A stretch of DNA of 64,000 bases from Leucoraja ocellata (taxonomy: Eukaryota). The translations under genes were made by a program, and so were the position numbers. Shown in pieces: positions 12,759 to 24,805 of this stretch (within the stretch, counting starts at the first letter, position 1; the number at the start of each line of letters is the position of its first letter). The notes under the pieces are model-generated. The model made no database searches. It worked only from the letters and a program-made list of their open reading frames with translations, and was not told where the DNA came from. The stretch lies in contig JAWMAR010000103.1 in the NCBI GenBank assembly GCA_036785375.1, positions 4,030,001 through 4,094,000 of the forward strand, in the 5' to 3' direction.

Positions 12759-15347
12759 TTACTAATATTACCTAAAGATATTAATAATAGATTTGCCCAA
12801 TTTTACCAAAACTTATATACATCTAAAATTAAAATAGAAGATAGCAAAATAAAAACATTTCTAGATAATTGTAATCTTCCAATACTGGACCCTTTGGAAC
12901 AAGAGGAACTAGGAGCTCAAATTACAATCAAAGAAATAAGTGAAACAATAAAATCGTTGAAAAATGGTAAGACACCGGGACCAGATGGTTTTAATAATGA
13001 ATTTTATAAAAAATTTCAGGAGATAACGGCCCCTTATTTATTTAATTTATACTCCCATGCTTTTAAAGAAAACAAACTACCTGAAACACTAACAGAATCA
13101 ACTATTACGCTTATTCCAAAAAAAGATAAAGATTTAGAAGACCCGGGCTCGTACAGAGCTATATCACTTTTAAATACAGATCAGAAAATTTTAGCAAAGA
13201 TTTTAGCAAGTAGATTAAGCAAATATATTAGTAAACTGATAAACCCTGATCAAACGGGGTTTATACCTAAAAGATACTCATTTAATAATCTGAGACGCCT
13301 GTTTAATATAATGTACTCGCATAAAGTAGAGGAAGAAGATATATCAATTATTTCTTTGGATGCAGAGAAAGCATTTGATCAGGTAGAGTGGCAATACTTA
13401 TATAAAGTACTACAAAAATTTAACATGGGAGAGAATTTTATAACATGGGTAAAATTATTATATGATAAACCGATGGCAAGAATTTTAACTAATAACATGT
13501 TATCTCAAAAATTTCAACTATCAAGGGGTAATAGGCAGGGATGTGCACTATCACCCCTGCTATTTGCCCTTATGATAGAACCCCTGGCTGAAAGTATAAG
13601 AATTCATCCGAATATTCAGGGCTATAATACCAGGGACTCAAAGAATAAAATCTCATTATATGCAGACGATATACTTTTATATATTACAAAGTCACAAACG
13701 AGCATACCAAATTTATTAAACTTAATAGAGGAATTTGGGTCTTTTTCTGGATATAGAATAAACTGGAACAAAAGCGAAATCATGACATTAAAACCTCAAG
13801 AACCTACACACTTACTGAAGTTCCCCTTTAAAATCGCAACAGAAAAATTTAAATATTTGGGTATTCAGATTACTAGAAAATATAAAGCATTATTCAATGC
13901 TAATTTCATACCTTTATTAAATAAACTTAATACACAGATTAAATTTTGGAAAACACTTCCCTTATCATTATTAGGTAGAATAAATGCAATAAAAATGATC
14001 TTCTTACCACAATTACTATACCTATTTCAGTCTATACCGGTATATATACCAAAATATTTTTTTAAAAAATTAGACTCTAACATTACAAATTATATTTGGG
14101 ACTATAAATCACATAGAATCACAAAAAAACACTTATGTAAACCAAAAGAGGTCGGGGGACTTTCACTTCCGAATTTTATGTATTATTACTGGGCAGTGCA
14201 TATTAAGAATATGATTTATTGGTTGGATAGTTCTACACAACAGACAGAATGGATAAAAATGGAGAAGGAGGATTGTCATCCTTGTAATATAGGAACGATC
14301 CTCTTTTCCCCCAAAAAACTGAATAACACAATATATAAGAAGAACCCAATTATATATGGTACAATAAGAATTTGGAAACAAATAAAATTATCTTTAAAAT
14401 TAAGAAATCTATCACTGTTAATGCCAATTGCGAATAACCCTTTATTTAAACCATCTCTTATTGATAAGACATATAACCAATGGGAAAGTCTCGGAATTAG
14501 AAGGATCAGGGATATGTACGAAACAGGAAACCTACTATCATTCCAACAACTACAATTAAAATTTAAATTGAAAAACAACCAATATTTTAAATATCTTCAG
14601 ATTTGCGACTTTGTGAAAAAATATATACAAGGATATCAAAAAGTAACTCCTGACTTATTGGAAGAAGCAATGAATATTGAAGCTGACTCACAAAAATTAA
14701 TATCCTATTTATATAATAGTATTCTAAATATAGACCTACCATCGACAGAGGTACTTAGAGAAGAGTGGGAACGGGAATTAATGATAAAAATTACGAAGGT
14801 TAAATGGGAAAAATACCTGATATATATTCACAAATGTTCAATTAATGTAAGACATAATCTAATACAATTTAAAATTGTACATAGATTATATTATTCAAAA
14901 ACAAGATTGAACAAATTTTATCCAAATATATCCGCCACTTGTGATAAATGTCTAGCCCAAAAGGCAACTATAACACACTCCTTAGTTTCCTGCATAAAAC
15001 TTTATAGATTTTGGAATGATATTTTTGAAATACTTACAAAATTATTCAAGACAAGAATGGAACCTAATACTGAAATGATTATATTTGGTGTAATGGAAGA
15101 TGGGAATAAATTGAACACATCTCAAAATCTATTCCTTAATTATGGTTTAATAATAGCAAAAAAATTAATACTTAAATTTTGGAAGGGTACATCAATACCA
15201 ACACTTAAAATGTGGATTGCAAGTATGTTGGACACCGCTCATCTTGAGGAAATGCGATTCCTCCTAATGGATAAATCAGACCAATTCATAACGAGTTGGT
15301 CTCCATTCGTCGTTTTTTTGGAATCATATGGTGCAACACAATTGTAA
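12759..15347 (+). CDS. L1 ORF2 fragment (RT plus C-terminal CCHC, endonuclease missing)
   Basis: Motifs GKTPGPDGF, YRAISLLNTDQKI, SLDAEKAFD, RGNRQGCALSPLLF, LYADD, FKYLGI and C-terminal CDKC…H…SC. Confidence 0.93.
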   Translation, partial: LLILPKDINNRFAQFYQNLYTSKIKIEDSKIKTFLDNCNLPILDPLEQEELGAQITIKEISETIKSLKNGKTPGPDGFNNEFYKKFQEITAPYLFNLYSHAFKENKLPETLTESTITLIPKKDKDLEDPGSYRAISLLNTDQKILAKILASRLSKYISKLINPDQTGFIPKRYSFNNLRRLFNIMYSHKVEEEDISIISLDAEKAFDQVEWQYLYKVLQKFNMGENFITWVKLLYDKPMARILTNNMLSQKFQLSRGNRQGCALSPLLFALMIEPLAESIRIHPNIQGYNTRDSKNKISLYADDILLYITKSQTSIPNLLNLIEEFGSFSGYRINWNKSEIMTLKPQEPTHLLKFPFKIATEKFKYLGIQITRKYKALFNANFIPLLNKLNTQIKFWKTLPLSLLGRINAIKMIFLPQLLYLFQSIPVYIPKYFFKKLDSNITNYIWDYKSHRITKKHLCKPKEVGGLSLPNFMYYYWAVHIKNMIYWLDSSTQQTEWIKMEKEDCHPCNIGTILFSPKKLNNTIYKKNPIIYGTIRIWKQIKLSLKLRNLSLLMPIANNPLFKPSLIDKTYNQWESLGIRRIRDMYETGNLLSFQQLQLKFKLKNNQYFKYLQICDFVKKYIQGYQKVTPDLLEEAMNIEADSQKLISYLYNSILNIDLPSTEVLREEWERELMIKITKVKWEKYLIYIHKCSINVRHNLIQFKIVHRLYYSKTRLNKFYPNISATCDKCLAQKATITHSLVSCIKLYRFWNDIFEILTKLFKTRMEPNTEMIIFGVMEDGNKLNTSQNLFLNYGLIIAKKLILKFWKGTSIPTLKMWIASMLDTAHLEEMRFLLMDKSDQFITSWSPFVVFLESYGATQL

Positions 15348-15655
15348 AAAATAACTGTTTCAGGACTGGACGAGGGTTGGTCAAGACTATAAATAATGAT
15401 CTCCTTTTCTTTTCACTATTTTCTCTCTCAACTTTCTTCATTTACTCGTTTTCTTTCTTCACACACTATATATTTCACATTTTTCTATCCCTTACTATCT
15501 AACCTCTTTTTCTTATTCTCATCTTTTTTCAATGTAACAAAAAAAAAAGAAGTTGTACATAAAATGTATTATGAAAATATATATTAGGCACTTTGGTGCC
15601 ATATGACTGTGCTTACTTCTAATAAAATAAAAAAAAAAAAAAAAAAAAAAAAAAA
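12759..15655 (+). mobile_element. Young 5'-truncated L1-clade LINE with 3' UTR, AATAAA and poly(A)
   Basis: Uninterrupted ORF2 to 15347; AATAAA at 15621; ~27-nt A tail; flanked by an identical 62-bp direct repeat. Confidence 0.95.
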
Positions 15656-15889
15656 AGAAGAGAAACAAACAGCGAACAAAGATAGGATGGGATGATGGAG
15701 AGGTATTGACTGAGAAAGGTAGAAGAGGAACCCTCTCTTTCGTGTTCGTTTTCTAGGTCTGTACAAAACTTGAGAGTCTTTAGTTTACAACAGAAATCTT
15801 TAATGTTTCACTCAAAGCTGGCAGCAAGACTTAGTCACAATGGCTACCCGCATACTCTCTGCAGACAGGATAAACTATATACAAGACAT

Positions 15890-15974
15890 GGTTTCGGCCC
15901 GAAACGTTGCCTATTTCCTTCGCTCCATAGATGCTGCTGCACCCGCTGAGTATCTCCAGCTTTTTTGTGTACCC
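15890..15974 (+). mobile_element. Short Penelope pLTR insertion with 9-bp TSD
   Basis: ACAAGACAT at 15881-15889 and 15975-15983; begins inside the hammerhead (GGTTTCGGCCCGAAACGTT). Confidence 0.75.
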
Positions 15975-16212
15975 ACAAGACATCTCCCTTTGTCCTGTGC
16001 AGCGCCGCCTGCTGCACGGGAGGAGCAACGGGTCATCCCACCCCACACAGTCCACCATGCAACACGCTCTCTAGTGAGAGGAAAGCAAAAATGTTGGATG
16101 CAGAGGTAAAAAAATAGGATAGTTTCTCTACAGGAAAATTAACAGCAATTCTCAGAGAAAGATTGGGGTATAAATTCAACTTGGTTTAATTAATTTTAGT
16201 CACTATACTAAG

Positions 16213-16830
16213 CTACAGTGAAAAGCTTTTGTTGCGTGCTAACCAGTCAGTGGAAAGACTATACATGATTACAATGGAGCCAACCACGGTGTCCAAATAC
16301 ACAATGAAGGGAATAATGTTTAGTGCAAGATAAAACCAGTAAAGTCGGATTGAGGATAGTCTGAGTGTCTCCAATGACATAAATAGTTGCTCAGGACTGC
16401 TCTTTAGTTTTTGATAAGATGGTTCAGTTTCCTGATAACAGCTGTCCTTGAATCTGGAGGTGTGCGTTTTCACATTTCTGTACTTCTTGCTTGATGGGAG
16501 AGAGGAGAAGAAGAAATGTGATTGGTGTGAGGCTAATCTTTGATTATGCTGGTGGCCTTACCGAGGCAGCGTGAAATGTAAATGGTGTCAATGGAAGGGA
16601 GGTTGGCTTGTATGATGGACTAGGCTGCGCCCGCATTTTCTGCAATTTCTTGCGGTCTTGGATGGAGCCATCCCCAAAACATGCTATGATCCATCCTGAA
16701 TAAAAATGCTTTCTAAGGCAACTCAGTATAGGTTGGTGAGAGTTGTTGGGGACATAAGCCAAACCTTTAAGACCCTCTAAAGAAGTAGAGGCATTAGTGT
16801 GCTCTCTTGGCCATTGCTTCAATATGATAT
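16213..16830 (-). mobile_element. Rex1/Babar LINE 3' fragment
   Basis: IQDRKKLQK and KTHTSRFKDS motifs plus the shared 3' UTR. Confidence 0.75.
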
Positions 16831-17719
16831 TTTTTAAAATGATATTTCACATCTCTCCTGTTGCCTAATTTGCACCAATGTTAATGCAACTGAAAAGCAG
16901 CTCGGGGATGTAATTAGCGACTAATGCAAAACTACAAAATATCCAAGATAAATTTGTACCCCACTGATGAAAATGTAATATTGTCACATATCAATTTATA
17001 CTATCTGCAGAGATCACCTCAACATTAAGAACATTGTAATAAGGCAAAGAATGAACAAGGAATAAAGTAATATAGAAAGAGAGCAAGCTTAAGTGATTTG
17101 ATGAGAACCACTGTACAGGATAAACTCTATCACGAACTGCTGAGATATAATTGCAATATACAAATGCATATGTATAAATATGGCACATCTGCAATCTAAA
17201 ATCTTCATGGTTATTTAGGAAAAAAATAAGTTTGAGTAGCGATAGACTAGAGTATAGTCACTACCTCAAATGCATAGCATGTGGTGATTAATAAATATGG
17301 GTGGTTTTCCTCACAAAAATGCATTTAATAAAACGCAGATGGATGTATCCATTTCACAACGTATAAACAAGATGCCGTCTGTAAAAGGACTGACAGACTA
17401 AAAGAACAGATATATTTTTATTTGTACTCAGGATGTAAACAATATGAATGAAGCAACATTTAGTGTCCAATCGACCTAGTACGAATAAATTGGGTGTCTC
17501 AAGTGAGCCGAAACGCATGATGCTGCAGGTTGTCTCCTCAAAAGGAAACACTTGGACCTCGTGGATTTTTTAAAGATGAACAACAGATGTTGTTATGAGC
17601 CCTGGCATGAGCCCAATAGATTTATTTAAATTTAATTACATAGCAAATCCATGCTTGGATATTACTTGTATAAACTCTGGTTTACCAGCGAAGCACCACA
17701 TACACTATGCCATTGTTTA

Positions 17720-18250
17720 GTTCATAAGTAATAGGAGCAGAATTAGGCCCATCAAGTCTACTTCGTCATTCAATCATGGCTGATGTTTCTGTCCCTCTCA
17801 ACCCCATTCTCCTGCCTTCTCCCCATCACCCCAGAAGTCCATACTAATCGAGAATATATCTATCTCTGCCTTAAAATATGCACTCACTTGACCTCCACAG
17901 CCTTCTGTGGCAATGAATTCCACAGATACACCACTCTCTGCTTCAAGAAATTCCGCCTTATCTCCTTCCAAAAGGAACATCATTTTATTCTGAGGCTATG
18001 CCCTCAGGTCCTAGACTTTCCCACTAATGGAAACATCCTCTCCACATCCACTCTATCCAAGCCTTTCACTATTCGGTAAGTTTTAAAAAGCCCCTCCCCC
18101 TCTTATCCTTCTAAACTCCAGCGAGTAGAGGCTCAGTGCGGTCAAACGCTCATCATATTTTAACCCAATCATTCCTGGGATTATTCTCGTAACCTTCCTC
18201 TGAACCCTCTCCAGAGCCTGCACATCCTTCCTCAATATGGGGTTTCTGCA
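17720..18250 (-). mobile_element. CR1 LINE 3' fragment
   Basis: ALERVQRKVTRIIPGM…YDERL…LYSLEFRR followed by CR1 3' UTR. Confidence 0.8.
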
Positions 18251-19072
18251 TTTCATGATTCTCATTCACCAAAATTCATCAACAGAATAAAGTTTACTTC
18301 AGGAGTAATTGATGTATTTTCCACAAAATTGTAAGACTAAATCAATTTGTTTGACAAGAACAGAAAATACTAGGTACACAGAAAAGCTCAAGTAACACTT
18401 CTCAAGAGTGAAAGAGAGATCTAACAGGTCAATGACTGCTAAGGACATTGCTTCTTGGGACTGACTTTTGTCATGTGTTGGAAGAGAGAAAGGATCACGA
18501 TGAGCAATTAACCTGTGTCTGGTGATTGGAAAGCAGGCTGTGTGCCAACTTTGTGCTCATTTCCAATAAATAATTATCCAGTGCTAGCTGCATTATCTTT
18601 TGATTGTAAATATCAGTTTAAGATATGATTGTGCCAGAAGCAGTGCAAAGTAGATTGACCAGGATGTTGCCTGGATTGGAGAATTTCAGTTATGAGGATG
18701 AGATTGGATAGACTGGCATTATTTTACCAAGGTCATAAGTGATAAGAGTAGAATTAGGCCATTCGGTCCATCAAGTCTACTCCACCATTTGATCATAGCT
18801 GATCTACAGTATCTTTCTCTCCTAACCCCATTCTCCTGCCTTTTCCCCATAACCCTTGCCAACTATACTAATCAAATGTAAAGAAACACAAAGGGTGACT
18901 TGATAGAAGCAGATACATTTAAGAGACGCATAGATAAGATAAACAGTCAAAATCTTTTTTGCATGGTCGGGGTATCAAAATCAAGAGGGCGTAGTTTTAA
19001 GGCGAGAAGAAATAGTTTTAAAGGGGCTATGTTGTTTTACATGGAAAGTGGTTACAAAACACTGTCAAAGGA

Positions 19073-19165
19073 GGGATTCAAGCAGAAGCCTCCACGTGGC
19101 GCATCCCGGGCAATGCTGACGACAGAAACTGTACCACAGTGACTGACTGAAGTATCTAATTCTGC
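19073..19165 (+). ncRNA. HDV-like (nested double pseudoknot) self-cleaving ribozyme motif
   Basis: P1 GGGAUUC/GCAUCCC (one mismatch); P2 GCAGAA/UUCUGC; P3 GCC/GGC; L3 UCCACGU; P1.1 GG; extended P4 (AUGCU/AGUAU, CAG/CUG, ACUGU/ACAGU); J4/2 C-UAA with the putative catalytic C at 19156. Confidence 0.85.
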
Positions 19166-19239
19166 AACCACCAACCTTCAACCGTCACTGACTGATCGGA
19201 AAGACGTGATATAGAAGATGGCCGGACACGAGGAAGAAG
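19073..19239 (+). mobile_element. 167-bp non-autonomous Vingi/Ingi-like retroposon
   Basis: 12-bp TSD ACTGTCAAAGGA (19061-19072 and 19240-19251); 3' end GGACACGAGGAAGAAG; 5' end is an HDV-like ribozyme fold. Confidence 0.8.
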
Positions 19240-19748
19240 ACTGTCAAAGGAGGCAATCGACACAGATACAATCAGTATGTTTTATAGACATTTAGATAAC
19301 ACTTGAATAGGCAAGGTATAGAAGGATATGATCCTAATGCAGACAAGTTGGGCGGCACAATGGTGCAGCTGGTAAAGCTGCTGCCTTACAGCCGCCCAGG
19401 TTCGATCCTGACTTCAGTTGCTGTCTGTGTGCAATTTGGAGATCATAACCGAGATGGTGTAGTCCACAGTCAGTATTCTGAGGCCCAAAGCTCTCTTTAA
19501 TCTTCAGCTTTGGAAGAGTTTGGAAACTTGAATAAACTTTTGCAAGTTTCTGGAATCACAATGATAGTCAACACAAATCAATCAGTGACTAACCACTGGC
19601 AGATTTTCAAATTATGTCTACTAACACCTATGGTCAATACTCTTTCCATTGAAGGTCATCACAAGGAATAGAAGGATATGATCATAATGCAGACTAATTG
19701 GGCAGTACAGTGGTGCATTTGCTGGTTGACGGTAGAGTTGTTGCCTTA

Positions 19749-20511
19749 AGGGGTTGTCCCACTGTGGCGACCTAATCTGCGAGTTTAGAAGAGTTTGCTC
19801 TCGACTCAAACTCGCAGCATTTTCGAGACGTGGTCCTAGGAGGTCACTGGAACTCTCTTTCATGCTCGAGGGAAGTTTTCGCATACTCAGGGCCAGTTTG
19901 GTCATGGAAAAATTTTCAGCATGTTGAAAAATTTTCTGCGAGTAAAAATTGGTCGGCATGGTCTTTTGAACTCTTAGTGCAGTGGAGTACGGTCGCTATG
20001 TAGTTACAGGCAGTTGAGGACAGGCGTAGGCAATCTCCTTCGCTGACTGGGCATTTTAATTGGCTCATTGGAGTTTTCAGGACCAAGGAAAACCGACCGG
20101 TAATGTAAAATGCCCGTTAAACTTTATTATAAGTTGTCTGGCTTCTTAAAAGTGTCTCCACTCCTTCTCCCCNNNNNNNNNNNNNNNNNNNNNNNNNNNN
20201 NNNNNNNNNNNNNNNNNNNNNNNNNNNNNNNNNNNNNNNNNNNNNNNNNNNNNNNNNNNNNNNNNNNNNNNNNNNNNNNNNNNNNNNNNNNNNNNNNNNN
20301 NNNNNNNNNNNNNNNNNNNNNNNNNNNNNNNNNNCCCCACTTTCCCTGCCCCCCACCTTTGCGATGTGTTTGTGTTTGTGTGTGTGCGGTCGGTTGATTC
20401 AGCTCGCGGTTTCATCGCTGACGGTCGATCCAGCTCGTGGTTTTTCTGGCGAGTGCCATCCAGCTTCAAGGTGGAAGACACCTGAAAGGTTGCGTCAGTG
20501 GGACAGGTGCT
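19749..20511. mobile_element. PIF/Harbinger-like non-autonomous DNA transposon (spans an assembly gap)
   Basis: TIRs AGGGGTTGTCCCACTG…CAGTGGGACAGGTGCT; 3-bp TTA TSD at 19746-19748 and 20512-20514. Confidence 0.75.
20173..20334. other. Assembly gap (162 N)
   Basis: Run of N. Confidence 1.
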
Positions 20512-21669
20512 TTACTATGCCAGACACTCGGTTTCAATCCTGACTATGGGTGCAGTCTGTAGGACATTTGTACGTTCTCCCTGTGATCATGTGAGTCTTC
20601 TCCGGATGCTCCGACTTCCTCCCACACTCCAAAGACGTACAGGTTTGTAGATTAATTGGCTTATGTTAAAAAAATAATTGTAAATTGCCCCTAGTGTGTA
20701 GGATAGTGCTAGTATATCAGGTGAATACTTGTCGGCACGGGCTCGGTGGGCCAAAGGACATGTTTCATAAGTAAGTTCATGTTCATAAGTTATAGGAGCA
20801 CAATTAGGCCATTCAACCCATCAAGTAGTTTGCCATTTAGTTATGGCTGATCCATCTTTCCCTCTCAACCCTGCCTTGTCCCCATAACTCCTGACGCCCG
20901 TACTAATCCGCGCTGTATCTCTAAACTAAACTAAGCTAAATCTCATTATTTTGCAACCGGCTCTAAGAGCGTTCGCAGCATTCAATGTCTGAACTCTTGT
21001 TTATTTGGACGGTCAATGGAAACAAATTTCACTACTACATTTTTAGCACCAGCTAAGAGTGCAATTATATCCTGGAGTGTGTGTCTGCTCTACATATGGC
21101 CTTTGCAAAATCTTCTGAAATTACTGCCAATAATTAAGTCAATTGAGTGCAGATTGTGTGGTGCCAGTTTGTTGAACTGTTGCCTGGATGTGTAAACTTG
21201 GATGAGATGATCTTCTGGCCAACATCTTGCAGCATTTTTCTAGAGACACATTGATATATTGGCCACACGGGTTGACCATCTGCAGACATTAATGTACCAA
21301 TAACACTTGGGGAAAGTACAAAACTATGCCATCATCTTCCCAATCAGAGATTGGTTCAGCTAGAACTGCTTATTAAGGACATGCTGATGGGTCATTAAAA
21401 GAATAAATTATTGCCACAGACTTCAGTGGTGACCACATAAAGACCTGCTTGTGGTTATATACTTGAATGACTTCTAAATGTTGGATCTTACTCAAAGAAC
21501 ATTTTAGGAACATCTCATCACAAGAAACTGCAGATGCTGTAATCTGGAGCAAAAAAAGATGAAAAGTCTCAACCCGAAATATTGACTGTCCATTTCCTTC
21601 CACATATGCTGCTTGACCTGCTGACTTCCCCCTCACTTTTTCCTTAATGAATATCTAAGTGTTTTTACA

Positions 21670-21930
21670 CTAGTTTATTATTATTGTCACATGTACCAAG
21701 GTCCAGTGAAAAGCTTTTATTGTTGCATGCTATCCAGTCAGTGAAAAGACTATACAAGAAAACAATCAAGACATCCACAATGCATAAGTACAGGATAAAG
21801 GGAACAACATCAAGTGCAAGATAAAGTTCATTTAAGCCTGATTAAAGATATTCCAAGGGTCTTCAATGAGGTAGATGGTAGGTTAGGACTGCTCTCTAGT
21901 TGCTGATAGGATGGATCAGTTGCCTGAAAA
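21670..21930 (-). mobile_element. Rex1/Babar 3' UTR fragment
   Basis: Homologous to 1150-1400 and 16213-16440. Confidence 0.65.
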
Positions 21931-23559
21931 GATCAGTGTGCAATAAATATATCCATGCTTTGTATACAATAAAATCCTCAGTACGTAGGTATACTTCCTG
22001 CTAATAGATTTAGATTTCTTATTGTCACATGGTCAGAGGGAACAATGAAAAGCATTGTTTTGCATGCTATCCATTCAGATAAATCTATACAGAAATATAA
22101 TTAAGACAAACACGAGTACAATAAATAGAGTGATAGAGATGCAGAGTACACAATATAGATCTCAGCATTGTGGCGTAATAATTCTACAGAGAAAATCCAT
22201 TGTCCACAATAAGGCAGAGGAGAATCGGATTGTACCCTAGATTATGGAAGCCTGATAATAAAAGGTAAGAAAGATCCAGAGTCTGGTGGTGTGTAATTTC
22301 AAGCTTCTGATCGATGGGAGCAGGGCAAGAAGGAATAACACTGATGGGAAATATTGTGTTTGCTACGTTCCCTGTCCTGGTAATTGCTTGTAAAAAGCCA
22401 TTTTGACTCACCCTACCACAATCATTCCCTTTGATCCACATTTTCCTCCCACACCTACTCACCTACTGAAAACTAGCTGTATCTCACACTTTCCCGTTCT
22501 GATGAATGAACACACGTCTGAAAAGTTCACCGTTTCTCTCCCCGCAGATGCTGACTGACCTGCTGAGTTTTTCCATAATTTTCTGTTTTATTTCAGATTT
22601 ACAGCATCTGCATTTTTTAAATTTGCATTTCAGTGATTATATCTCTACTATCTGCCTCTCCTTTCCAAAACCACTTTGCAATGTTACTTTAGCCTTGGGT
22701 TTTCGAAAGCAAACTCATCAATTATGGCTTTGGTTGTGTTTTTCTAAGATTCTGGCTCCCAATTCATCCTTAGAGTCACGCAGCATGGAAACAGGCCATT
22801 CAACCCAACTTGCCCATGCCAACCAAACTGTCCCATGTACATTAGTCCCACCTGCCTGCGTTTGGCCCACAGCTCTCTAAAACTTTCCTGCCCATGTACT
22901 TGTCCAAATGACTTCTAAATGTTGTTAAATGTGTCAGCTCATTCATATACCCACCACCCTCTGTATAAACTGTTCCCTTTGTAATGAGAACTGCTTTACT
23001 AATGGCACTGAACTGAACCCACTGACCCAGCACTGAGCGCTGTACCTTTTGGCCTACACTTAACTTTTCATCAAGTGAAGGCCAGAATGCCTTTGGCCTT
23101 TGCTATTGTGAAGTGTCTCTTGAGTGGGCTTCAAGCATCAAGTTGGAGGCCAGACTTGTGCTCTTTGACCACCTGTCACTACCTGAGAATATTGAACCAC
23201 TTTAAAAGTACATTGGTGCTCAGAGATATTTAATGATTATTCCAATAATTAAAATCATAAATTTTTAACAAAATTTGAATAATAAAAAATAAATGTAATT
23301 AAAAATAGCTAAACATGATTTTAAATATTAAAACAGAGTAACTTATTTCTACTATTTATGTGCACTTGCATGTTCCCACAGATTCTGTAACTGCATTCAG
23401 ATGAATTACATCCCTTAATGTACGCTACAATATCTTTATCTCAAGCTGAGGGAACAAATGCCAAGTTCATCCAGTCTCCCTCACCATCATTCCAATGTTC
23501 CACCAATAGGCTCCATTTCAATCCAGTGGGAATTCAGAAGTACTGGCTTCAAAACTTTA

Positions 23560-23912
23560 AACGTTAGAGATACAAGCCCTTCAGGCCACTGAGTCCATGC
23601 TGACCAGCGATCATCTAATACACTAGCACTATCCTACACACTAGGTACAATTGGCTTTTGTGTCTATCTTTGGTTTAAACCAGCATCTGCAGTTCCTTCT
23701 TACACTGGGACAATTTGCAATTTCACCACAAACAATTTATCTACAAACCTGTCTATCTTTGGAGTGTGGGAAGACACCAGAGTATCCAGAGAAAACCCAT
23801 GCGGTCACAGGGAGAATGTACAAACTACTTACAGACAGCTCACAGACAGGATTGAACCCAAGTCTCTGGTGCTGTAAGGCACCAACCCTCCCGCTGCACC
23901 ATTATGCCACCC
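23560..23912 (-). mobile_element. V-SINE copy with a small Penelope pLTR piece inside (~23655-23705)
   Basis: SINE body interrupted by TTTTGTGTCTATCTTTGGTTTAAACCAGCATCTGCAGTTCCTTC. Confidence 0.7.
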
Positions 23913-24519
23913 CCCCTGCTCTAGTTAGCTTTTTCATTTATTCATTTTTTGTTACCCGGTAATACTGTCCAGCATTTATTATTCTTTGATGATGAGGGGA
24001 ATAATTTTCAAAGCTTCTTCTACACAAAAGTTATTGAGAGCGAGCAACCCTCTTGAACTGCTGCAGCCAAGGAATTGTTAGACTTTGTGCTTGGCAGAGT
24101 ATGCGTTGCAGATGAAAATAATCTGAGCCTTGAGTGGCTTAACTGACAGTTAATATAGGACATAGAACAGTACAGCACAGGAACAGGCCCTTTGGCCCAC
24201 AATGTCCGTGCTGAACATGATTCCAAGTTAAATTAATCTTGAATTAATCATACAGTGAACACTAAGTTCAAAAATGTTTCCGACCTTGTTGGCAATGTAG
24301 ATATTTGACTAAGTCATTAATGGACGGGGTAAATAGGTTGTGGTTCCCAACCTAGATCTGAAGGGTATCACTCTTCACATCTTGAAGACTCCTGTTCCTG
24401 CCCATATAACCCCTGCTCCCCATCTTTCATTGTCTGGCAAATTTTCTAACCAGGTTGATGACATCTCCAATTTGATGAGCTTTAGATTTATCTTACAATC
24501 TCTATGAGATACATCTTAA

Positions 24520-24805
24520 GTTCACAAGTTCATAAACTATAGGAGCAAAATTAGGCTATTCATCCCATCAAGTCTACTCCGGCATTCAATTATGGCTGAT
24601 CTATCTATCCCTCCCAACCACATTCTCCTGCCATCTCCACCTGTACCAATCAAGAATCTATCAATCTCCACCTTAAAAATATCCTTTGACTTGGCCTCTA
24701 CAGACTTCCATGGCAATTAATTCCTTAGATTCACCACCCTCTGGCTAAAGAAATTCCTCCTCATCTCGTTTCTAAAGGTACACCCCTTTATTCTGAGGCT
24801 ATGGA
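24520..24805 (-). mobile_element. CR1 3' tail fragment
   Basis: Homologous to 17720-18010 and 46605-46870. Confidence 0.7.

Larger units (their letters stand above)
18640..19345 (+). mobile_element. Old CR1 3' fragment carrying a nested inverted CR1 tail (~18733-18875) and the HDV-ribozyme retroposon
   Basis: AVQSRLTRMLPGLENFSYE…, and …GVSKSRGRSFK, degenerate CR1 C-terminus. Confidence 0.65.
19715..20940 (+). mobile_element. V-SINE interrupted by a Harbinger-like MITE and an inverted CR1 tail (~20763-20908)
   Basis: The SINE head GGTAGAGTTGTTGCCTTA resumes at 20515 and ends with TATCTCTAAACTAAACTAA. Confidence 0.75.
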
